Positions 40,801-50,514 of a stretch of DNA of 64,000 nucleotides are shown here, piece after piece. A program made the position numbers and the translations under genes. A model generated the notes under the pieces. That model saw nothing but the letters and a program-made list of their open reading frames with translations, made no database searches and had not been told where the DNA came from. The first letter of the stretch is position 1. The number at the start of each line of letters is the position of its first letter. Source of the DNA: Tubulanus polymorphus. Lineage: Eukaryota; Animalia; Nemertea. The stretch spans positions 9,394,485 to 9,458,484 of the forward strand of contig NC_134027.1 in NCBI RefSeq assembly GCF_964204645.1, read 5' to 3'.

Positions 40801-43800
40801 ATATATCAATGAATACTTACCGGCATAAATGTCCTGTGTAGATGCGGCCTGTTTTTCTTTTGTTGCCTTCGTAGGCGCAGCAGATGGGTTGGCTGCTGAA
40901 AAACAAACATTCTCGTTCTCTGTACTACCAAAAATGAGTTAACGTTTTCCGATTTATAGCTTTCTTTGGGAGAGCCCTTTTAATCATATGATATAACCCA
41001 TTTTCGGGTGCACCCCTCCCGGAATCGGACCCTAGATCCGCTTCGGTCTAGTTGATGGAGACGAATACTCACCAGTTTTCTGTTCCGTAATTGGTTGAGT
41101 TGCGAGTGGAACGACTTTCATGTCGAACGGTTTCTCCGATGGTTCGAGTGTGTATTGATGTAGCGCTCGCTCCAGTCCAACGATAGATACCTGCAAACCT
41201 GTTTAAACGAATACATTAATAAACTCATCACAAATTTTATCCAATGGATACTAAAATGTTAGATTCTAAAATTCCTGATGCTATAAAAATTTACCATTGA
41301 GAATGTACATGGAGCTAAGGGCCATCTGTTTTTTCTTGATAACGCTGACGTAGTAGGCCGATCGGTCACGGACTTCATCATCGGAATCCATCAGACATCT
41401 GAAATGAAGAAACCAGAAAATGAAAAGCTGTTAGCAGATAGTTAAGCTACTATGCAGATACATCTACCGAACCCAGTAATGTAAGAGATTCCCGGGTAAT
41501 CTTTTAAAGCTCATACCTTTGCAGTAAGACTAATATACTCTGCATCAAATCTTCACAGTGAGCACCGAACTTAGCCAGAGCAGTAACAGCAGCTGAAACA
41601 TTTGAACATATTCATTACATGTCTCTTCAGCAGTGACGAATTTCCCTTTGATAGACCTTAGTCATAACATGGTTGAAAGTCGACTAAAGATGTCCACGAC
41701 AGAGGTTTATTTCTGATGCATATTAATGATTCATGGACCTTCCATAAACGTATAACTCAGATGAGTTACCAGACCAGACATTTCCATTGGATAAACCAAG
41801 AAAATCAGTCCCAAAGTTCCATCTAAAGAATGCATTATTTTCTCTAGCTGGATGGACATAGCATTCAGAGGATTACTCATTGTTATCTACCTGCGCGAAC
41901 TGCAGCATTTTCTAGGATCACTCTGTTGTAGATGAAACGAATGTATTTCGACGGCGTCAATGTTCGCGGACCCTCGCGTCCGAGCAGGTGCAGAATCTTC
42001 GTAGCGAGCACAGTATGCTCGCAATCTTCGATGAATTCGCACAGATGTGCCAATCCTAGAACAAAACCATTCATTTTGTACTTTATTATTTCATGGTTGA
42101 TACTTGAACTAACACATAATTAGTCCATATCAGAAATCTTTCGTAAAAATCATCTTAATATGAAAAGTGGCACGTCAATATGACCTACCAGCTTCTTTGG
42201 CTTCGGGATTGTCTTCCAATATGGAGATGATCGTGTCGACAATTGCTTTCTTATAGTCATAGCCACCCTACAGATACAAAATGCGGAATTTAGACATAGA
42301 CTAACTCTTGTCTATGAAACTAGCCGCGGAGTTAAGTTCCAATTATACACACAATATTAGCTTACGTACGCACCTCATCACGAAGCATGGATGACAAGAA
42401 ATTCATCATAATTCCGTGTTTTCGCGGGAATTTCAGACACAGAGATCTAAAATGAATTGAATGAATGAATGTTCATATTTCAGGGATGATAACAGACCAA
42501 TGTTGAAAAGGCGGAAACGAGCGCCGTAGGCGCGAAGTAATTACCCTCCCCCAGAAAATTTTTGATTTTCACATCGTCTCAGATCGTTTTTCAGCAGTTT
42601 TCCGATTGAAATTTCTCTCAGCAAAGCCAAAAAATCAAACAACATCGTCCATGTTTTACACAACACACTGCTAGTTCCAAGACGGCAGGGACATAATTGA
42701 TGCAGAGACAACTATAATGTAACTAGTAGGTTCGAATCCCACATTGATCAATCTTCTTGAAAGCGACGATCACTCGCCCACGCAATAGATAATTGAATTA
42801 GACTTTATTTTCCAGCATCCTTTATTAATGAACTAATATCAGTACTGATATTACGAACTAATATCAGTACTGATATTACAACAAGCTAGATTTCCATTTA
42901 AAAAAACTAAAATTTTCCACATGATTCTATATCGCATTGTCACACCACACACACGTGTTTAAAATATAAGCATGTACGTATTAAAAACACCACTACTTGA
43001 TGAAAAATCAATAATGTAGATACATATACATATATCCAGACATGCGTCGGCCAAACGACAGAGAAAACTTTGTTAGGATACAAATACCGCTAAATGATCG
43101 CATTTAAAAATAGATCGGGAAACGCTTTTATGGTCATGCCAATCTATCCTTACAATGCTGGAAAACCACAGTCATCATCCTAACCCCCCCACCCCCCCCC
43201 CCCATTTTTTCAACGGATATGCATTGATCTGAGAAATGATAAAAATTGATTTAAAAGGCGGAAATCCGCCGATCGGCGGAAAATTATCATCCCTGATATT
43301 TGTATAGCGCCGATTTCACTGTAATCAGTGTTCTAAGGTGCTCCCCAGCGGTACAGAAGCGACGGGTAAAAAGAAATGTTTTAAGTCCGGTTTTAAATGC
43401 TGCGAAGCTGTCTAGAGATCGAAGATGAGATGGGAGCGAGTTCCAAATAACGGGAGCATGTACGTAGAAAGATCTTCCACCAAATGATTCTAGTCTGTAT
43501 TTTCTAACGGTGAGCAGATTCTGCGAGTCGGAGCGTAGAGAACAGGCGGGTGAGCAATAAACAGAATTACAAGACATCGTGTTACACCTAATGTTCAGAA
43601 TCTCTGCGTATACCATACTCGGATTTCAATAAGACGCAAACGTCAACTATGTCCATACAATACCTACCTAATTGCATCTACGACAACTATTTTGAATTCG
43701 TCAGATATCTCCGACATGAAAGTAGAAATCTGTTTCATCAACCGATCGACGCTGCTTTCACTTCCCGTCTAATGAAAGGAATAAAAAAATAAACCATTAA

Positions 43801-46800
43801 ACACGCAACAAACCAAATTTTAAACAGAATTTTGCATCCCTCTAGTTCAATTTTCATTTCATTGTCTTGAACATTTATTATTTCTTTGATGTATGTACCT
43901 TCAATAACGTTGTAATGGCCAGGGTAGCAATGCTACGATTAACGTCTGTGATCAAGTTTTCAAGGTCAAGATTACAGGCAGTCACCGCAGCTGGATGTTT
44001 CATGGCAACCTATGATAGAATGATGGATAGAACATTGATTATATATTATTGTAATTATTATTATTATCATTTCTTACTGTTATTATACCTAATCATTATC
44101 ATTCCTTATACAATTTTGTATTACTTTTAATTAACGATGAATTAAACATTACATTACAGATAACAGGAATACGTAGATAATTGAATGGACAATCTTATAA
44201 GTAGACTACGAACCTTGTTCAGCGTGCGAACAGCCGCGAATCTAAGCGTCGGTTTCGGAGAGCTACAGAAAAGTTGTAAAACCGACACAGCTGGCGCAAG
44301 CTCTTTAGCCGTTGTATGTTTCATGTTAACGATCGCATGCGCCGCTTCATAAATAACCATCTCGCTTTTATGACGCAGGCAACTCTCTACGAATTCAAAC
44401 ATCGGACTTTCCGATCTACCAAAATCAAAATAGAAGACCATAGTAGATATAAGAATATTTGTAGAATGCTATTGTTTACACCTAACCAACTGAATTTTGT
44501 TAATCAGGACCCCTACAGATCAGTCATTCCTGGATATTAGGAGTTTTCAAGGAGAAAATTTCAAATTTTGAGGAAGTGTCTGCATCACTATTATATCTGT
44601 AATTACTGTAGATTCCTAACTGGGAACTGTGTACAGAAAACCATTAATTCAGTAGTTTCATAAGCAAAGTTTTATCCATAACACCAACTAATTGGGTAAA
44701 CACTATTCCTGGCCTTGGCTATACCGATTTAGGCGTAGTTTGCTGTACACCTACTACAAACTAGAAAAAAAATTTCTAACTGCCTACTTCTCAAAATGGA
44801 AGGAGTTTCGAAGGAGTTTTGAGCATTTTGCTCAAATTAAGGGAGTTTCAAACAACTTTAAATGCATTTTCTATTCGGAAGGAGATTTTAAGGAATCAAG
44901 GAGTCTGAGGAACCCTGTTAATTCAAACAGATAGGAAAGCTTATATAGATATTTTTCTTACCCGGCTCCCTCTTCTTCGAGTAGTTTCGTAGCAATACGA
45001 ATCTGAATTAGAAAACGATAAACCAGTTTAATACCGATTACAGTCTGACTTTTCAATGCTACATTCAGTTGATCTCTACTAACCAGAAGACAGTAAGCAT
45101 ATGGCGACTTCAAAGAATGCCGACTGAATTTACTGACGAGTTTGGATACGGCGAGTTTGTCGGTTTTTCTGATGTGATACAGTAAGCCTAACGCGTGGTA
45201 CTGAACCATTATACTGTCGCTGTTCACTGCCTCTTGCGCTTCGTTCACCCATCTCTTCACGACTTCATTACTCGCTTTCATCAAATGCTGCAAAAAAAAC
45301 AAATGAATACCGATGTAAATTGGCGCATTTCGATAAAACGAATGTTATGACGAAGAAAACACCGATATCGGAATACGTACCAGAGAAGAAGCAAGAGCAG
45401 CACTGGACACGGCGTGCTGTTTATCAACAATCGCTTGTTTCATGTAACGTTCGATGCTTTGCAACATAGTGCTCTATAAGAATAAAATACAAAGTTTATT
45501 CGGGACATCCCTTGAACCGAATTAAGGTAATTTCATTAATCCCAATCGATTTAGAATAGAGAGGGGGTCTACTGCAGGATCATATGAAATACGTCATAAA
45601 AATCAAGTATAATGTTTAATCGAGACTTCCCATAACTAAAGTTCTTTCATTGGTTCCAAATGATCTGGAGTAGGGATCATATGAAATACTTACATCGGTA
45701 ATCTTGCACAGCGCGCGAATAGCAGGGGCTCGGAATTGATCTTCCTGAAAACATGAAAATACAACAATGCTGCAAAGATTGATACTTATTATACGAAAGG
45801 ATAATACCACATGACTCTTGCATGAATTCATAACATCCAAATCTGTTATGTTCACAGTTTTCAAAGTTTTCATACAAAAAACTTACCCTGCCAGTCATAT
45901 CTTTAGTCAAACTGCTTGTCACGATGATCACATCTTCGGCAATGTTTGCCATCTCTTTGATGCATAAATAAACCATTCTTCTCAAAATTATCTGAAAGCA
46001 CAGACAGAGAACAGTGAAAGGGCATATAGTACATAAATTAGACTATCATTTTTTGAATTCTTCTTTCACCAGTTATTATTTTACTAATAGATTTTTTATC
46101 AATGAGACTTACATCTTTCGACTGAAACAACTTGGTCATAGCGAAGAAAGTCTCGGTAGCTTCCATGGTTCCGATATGATCCCCCTGAAAAAATGAGCAT
46201 AAATTTTCAAAACCAAAATTCAATTGTTACCTGGCTAAATGTTCAGACAATACTTAAATTGTCCACATACACTTGTTAGATGAAGTTTCTTCTCATAAAT
46301 ACATGTTTATGTGTACTACATTGTGGTATTGTAGAAATATTGTCATACCTGATTTAGAAGGTAAAGGATCTTTGTTAATATAAGTCCGCATTTTCTTGGA
46401 TTAATTGGCGTTTCGTTAAATGTCCTCGCCTGAAATAGGTTTCAACAAAATTAATACACCCATAAAATAATCCAATACTGTCTATTACAACTTTAACCAC
46501 CTGTATAACCACCAGATCGGGTACATATTAACCTTAGAAAAAAAAAAATACAATCGAGATTCTTCATTACCTCTTGCAAAACTGAACTTTTTTCCAGATT
46601 CTGAAATGGGTTGCCTCCTCCTATGGAGAAATAAGAACGGTAACAATTTTATTGATTTAGAGAAAGGCTATCTCCATCTGTATCTGTATCGATAGTTGCT
46701 GGTAATCCTTATAGGACATTTGATAACGTAGAGGAGTGCTGGTTAATCAGTATGAGCGCCAGCGGTTCATATAGGCCAACAGGAACTGATCGGTGGTAGA

Positions 46801-47547
46801 TGTCTGGAGCGCCTGTTCTATAGCGCCTCCAAATGTTTAGAAATATCCTGGAATCATCATCAAGTTGAAAGATAAGACTGTTGTGCATCGTTTGATATAT
46901 AGTTTGTGGGGTTTAAAGCTTGCACGGATAAGATCTCCTCACTTTAATGCGCGCACTCGCCTGTAAATCGCGTTGAATCATTTGCCGTGCTGGGTTATTT
47001 TGGCCAAATTTCTGGCGGAAAACGGTGATTTCGTTGTGAAATATTCATCGTAGAGCGATAGTCATAGGCTTATTAGAAAAGTAAGTCTTCTATTTTGTAA
47101 AACAGTTTATTTCAGGCAAATTAGTTGAAAATTCAGGAAATGACAGTCGATTGAATTGGGAAGGTAATTTACAGATAGTGGATTTAGTTAGCTGCCTTTT
47201 CGGTCTAACTGCAGTTTAGGTCACCTTTCCACTGTGGTGGTGCTAGTGTTATTAAAGAATAGTGTTATGGTAAGGTTAGTAACATAACCACTAGGGACAC
47301 CTAAAGTGCAGTCGCTCCCCCTTTTCTTTTTATATAGGGATACTGGTATCATCCATCCTCCATCGGCATCAACAAATTGGGACAAGCCCCTGTGAAAGGA
47401 GGGGAGGATATCTTCCCCTTCCGTTCCAGTTCCAGTTCCATGCCTTTTTGCGGTCTGGAAAAATGTTTTCAAAAACCGAATAATCAACACAATATGCTGT
47501 TACTTACCCTCTTCATCTTCCTTCTTATCCCTTCTTAACATATGCAT
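37886..47547 (-). CDS. COPG: Coatomer subunit gamma (COPI), about 24 exons
   Basis: Starts (MH)[12 protein letters not shown] (ATG at 47547 or 47541). Exons encode [98 protein letters not shown], and the C-terminus [31 protein letters not shown]...IAAAVG*. Confidence 0.96.
39499..39662. mobile_element. MITE family A, copy 2 (COPG intron)
   Basis: Same internal sequence and TIRs as 1888-2035; flanked by CTA/CTA. Confidence 0.8.
40545..40731. repeat. Inverted repeat with about 90-bp arms (7-nt loop) in a COPG intron, Penelope-type inverted terminal structure
   Basis: aatacgagacaagtagtactttataggttagctagtt...tgaat pairs with attca...aactagttaacctataaagtactacatgtctcatatt; each arm carries a hammerhead motif. 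Confidence 0.8.
40642..40688 (+). ncRNA. Minimal type I hammerhead ribozyme motif (Penelope-like-element type), intact core
   Basis: CUGAUGA 40648-54, stem II GCUA/UAGC, GAAA 40675-78, palindromic stem III AGCU, cleavage triplet CUC (after 40682), stem I AUUCAC/GUGCAU with one mismatch. Confidence 0.7.
42481..43295. mobile_element. 815-bp non-autonomous DNA transposon inserted in an L2-like tail
   Basis: Perfect 12-bp TIR CAGGGATGATAA/TTATCATCCCTG, direct repeat ATATTT on both flanks, subterminal GGCGGAAA motifs. Confidence 0.75.
43296..43560 (-). mobile_element. 5'-truncated L2/CR1-clade LINE 3' end (ORF2 C-terminus)
   Basis: SLRS..NLLTV....[40 protein letters not shown] is a typical L2/CR1 ORF2 end. 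The 3' end GCGCTATACAAAT continues, beyond the inserted transposon, into a (CATT)n tail at about 42449-42474. Confidence 0.8.
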
Positions 47548-47559
47548 GGCTTATCGTTA

Positions 47560-47680
47560 TATATTTGTAGCCGAAAAAAATGACAGCTTTCAATTTTCTG
47601 TACCCGGAAGTAATCGAAGCCGGACACGTCAACAAGAATGGGTGGCTCCGAAAATAGCCACCGAATACTCAATTCAATTC
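47560..47680. promoter_or_regulatory. COPG core promoter, possibly shared with the divergent ACP7-like gene
   Basis: ETS motif CCGGAAGT at 47604-47611 and CACGTC in a short CpG-rich patch just upstream of the COPG start. The ACP7-like ATG is directly preceded by a splice acceptor, so its first exon must lie upstream. Confidence 0.4.
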
Positions 47681-47984
47681 AAAATTTATTGCGTCCTTAT
47701 AATTACAGATATTACATGAGACAGACATGGCAATAAAATAAAACACGAAGAGATACTGACAAATAACAAGAGAGAAAGAGTAAAAAACAAACAAACATTT
47801 GAACAATAGAAACAAACAGGCGTTTACAATGTTATTCAATAAAAACATACAAGGTATAAATCAGGGAGACTATAGCCGGAAATTATAATAATACATATAG
47901 GTATCTTAGGAAGAGAGTTCAAATATCCGAATAACCATAGAAGCGATAACATTAAAAACCTCATTTTCTAATGAGTAAATACAG

Positions 47985-48032
47985 TTTATTAACACGAACG
48001 TTTTCGGGATCATATCCCCTCATCAGGTGAAA
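47985..48032 (-). ncRNA. Minimal type I hammerhead ribozyme motif, intact core
   Basis: Minus strand reads CAC-CUGAUGA-G-GGGAU-AUG-AUCCC-GAAA-ACGU-UC-GUG, followed by AAUAAA (47990-47985). Confidence 0.7.
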
Positions 48033-48666
48033 TACAAGTGAATCAAATGATTAAACTACAGGTATGTTGGAAGAATGATGGATATTACATGAAGATTATG
48101 AGATGATAGATATTATATAAGATTAAGCTATAAAAATGTAATCTGACACTTAATCAATCAAGTATCAATACAAAACTAAACTTATTTCCTCTTCATACAC
48201 TCCCTACTGACATTTCTTACAGAATTCACCGAAAATGTTTATAAGATACAACTATCATACCCCAAAACTATCCAGAATAGGAGGATAGACAACTAAAAAA
48301 GAAAAAAAATATTAAAAATCTATTGAATGCAATTCGGTAACGGCGCATTTTCCTCAAGGTCAACGGGCATTTTCCTCAAGGTCGTCGACCGAATATAATG
48401 GTTTTATCCGTTTTTTATGGGGTTTTATGATGCTAATTTATGGATGGTAATATGGGCTGTGCTTTTTATGGACATGCTCAACATGAACCAGAAGAAAAAT
48501 CGTGTTTCCATGAACAGCTTTAGATGAACAAATGATAAATCCTGTAAGACAGTGATTGTGAGAGTATTATTTAAAACCACAAAAAAATGAAAGGCTGAAA
48601 ACAGCAAAATCGATTAACTATTATAGAATATATAAGAATAACTGTGGGCATTTCCTCCATTTCAAG

Positions 48667-50340
48667 ATGGTTTATGGGCATGTAGTTATGCAAGATAGTG
48701 TGGCTGCTCTTCCGAGTGTGTACAGTTATCCTCAACTCGGCGGAATCTCGCGAAAAAGTAAAAAACTGAAAGTACTCGCGGTGGTCTTGATATTTCTATT
48801 CCTCACTCTCGGCATAGGTAATCCTTTGTCTTGGTTTACTGCCAAACCGAAAAGAGAAATATCCGCCGCCGAACTTCATCGGGGGCCTGATCAAATTCAC
48901 CTGTCTCTTGGCGATGACCCGACTCACTTGACGGTAATGTGGTCGACCTCGGAGCACGGGGAATCTAAAGTCATGTACGGGTCTTCGCGCGGTGATCTGT
49001 CTCAAATCGGCCGCGCCAAAAGCGAAAAACTGATGTTCGTCGATCGTTTTACGAACTATTTACCGTATTTTCATCGCGCATCTCTGCGCGGTTTAATCGG
49101 CGGGCGAACTTATTATTACCAGGTGCAAACGGCTTCGACAAAAAGTGAGATATTCAGCTTTCGAGCGTCGAACGCATCGACGCATGCGGCCGAACGGCCC
49201 GCTACGAAAATGATCCTTCTCGGCGGCACGAGCGTTGATTCCGTGCTTTTGTCTGAGGTAAACGAGTACATCGTAGAAACGCGTGCGAACGGGGATTACG
49301 ACGCGTTGTTCCAAATCGGAGATCTGGGCGGCACGCTCAGCGAATCGGGTGATTTGTACATGCGCGACCTGCAACGCGTATCGACGAGATACCCTTTTCT
49401 AACGGTTCCCGGCGATCACGAATCCGACGCCGAGTTTCTCCATTATCGCTATCGCTTTTCGATGCCGGGTGTCGCGTGGCCGATGCCCCTCGATCGACTA
49501 TGGTACAGCTTCGACCTCGGATACGCTCACTACATCGCGTATTCGACGGAGATCTACTACCACCACGAAGTCCACATCAAGCGACAGCTTCAATGGTTAC
49601 TGGACGATTTGATAAAAGCAAACGCGAAACGTGACGAATATCCGTGGATTATCGTTATCGGGCATCGACCGCTTTATACGTCTATATCACCCGTGCATTC
49701 GGCGTTTTCTTGGCTTTCCGTCGTTCGAAACGTCCATCAAAAACTCGAAGATTTGTTCAACTGGCAGGGAGTCGATTTGATCATCAGCTCCCACGAACAA
49801 ATGTACGAGCGATCTTGGCCGGTGTATAAAGGTCACGCCGTTGGTAAAAACTACGACAACCCGAAAGCGCCGATTAACATCAATATCGGTTCGCGATGGG
49901 AATCGGCGCGCACGTTCTTGAACGGTTTCCAGGCGAACGATTGGTCGGCGTTTCAGCGTCTGCCGGACGCGATGTCGCGCTCAGAGAATTTCGCCGTGCT
50001 CGAAACAACGAATCATACACACCTGAAATGGAAGCTGATTCGATCGAAAAGCGGCGTCGTCGTCGACAACTTCGCGATAAGACAGGCGAAGCACGGGAAA
50101 TTCCGCTCGGACGGTAGCATGAAATTTGGTCGCGATATTCTGACCAGTCGACAGATGTTTTTACCTGTGTTTTACAACGTTGGATATCGTATCTCGCCGT
50201 GGAAATTGTTTTGCGTTGTAATGGTTGTTTTCGCCGTTCTATATGTCACCTGCAAAAGGTGTGGTGCTAACGGCGATAACATTCCGTCAAATAAGAAAGC
50301 CTACAAAGCGCGAGATATCCATCACGTTGTTCATTATTAG
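48667..50340 (+). CDS. Purple acid phosphatase (ACP7/PAPL)-like metallophosphoesterase-fold protein, 557 aa, single coding exon, probably catalytically impaired
   Basis: PAP N-domain (PDQIHLSLG, VMWST, HRASLRGL..GRTYYYQV), WYSFDLG, QLQWLLDDL..AN..R..YPWIIVIGHRPLY, YERSWPVY. Hydrophobic helices near both termini. Acceptor tttcaag|ATG immediately before the start. Confidence 0.88.
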   Translation: MVYGHVVMQDSVAALPSVYSYPQLGGISRKSKKLKVLAVVLIFLFLTLGIGNPLSWFTAKPKREISAAELHRGPDQIHLSLGDDPTHLTVMWSTSEHGESKVMYGSSRGDLSQIGRAKSEKLMFVDRFTNYLPYFHRASLRGLIGGRTYYYQVQTASTKSEIFSFRASNASTHAAERPATKMILLGGTSVDSVLLSEVNEYIVETRANGDYDALFQIGDLGGTLSESGDLYMRDLQRVSTRYPFLTVPGDHESDAEFLHYRYRFSMPGVAWPMPLDRLWYSFDLGYAHYIAYSTEIYYHHEVHIKRQLQWLLDDLIKANAKRDEYPWIIVIGHRPLYTSISPVHSAFSWLSVVRNVHQKLEDLFNWQGVDLIISSHEQMYERSWPVYKGHAVGKNYDNPKAPININIGSRWESARTFLNGFQANDWSAFQRLPDAMSRSENFAVLETTNHTHLKWKLIRSKSGVVVDNFAIRQAKHGKFRSDGSMKFGRDILTSRQMFLPVFYNVGYRISPWKLFCVVMVVFAVLYVTCKRCGANGDNIPSNKKAYKARDIHHVVHY

Positions 50341-50356
50341 TCTCGTGCTCGTTTTA

Positions 50357-50514
50357 GGGGTCATTCACTTATTACGTACGCATCAAGGGAGGGGGAGGGG
50401 TCAGTGCAATTGCGTACTGTTATGCTTAATGTATATGAAAAAAATGTCCGATTTTGCGTACAGGGGAGGTTGAAAAAGTCAAATTTTATGCGTACGTAAT
50501 AAATGAATGATTTC
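50357..50514. mobile_element. MITE family A, copy 3 (reverse orientation), 16 nt after the ACP7-like stop codon
   Basis: Reverse complement of copies 1 and 2; flanked by a TTA/TTA 3-bp target duplication typical of PIF/Harbinger. Confidence 0.8.

Noticed and set aside
42720-42760. GGTTCGAATCCC suggesting a tRNA gene
   Set aside because: No cloverleaf or A-box; it lies inside a transposon.
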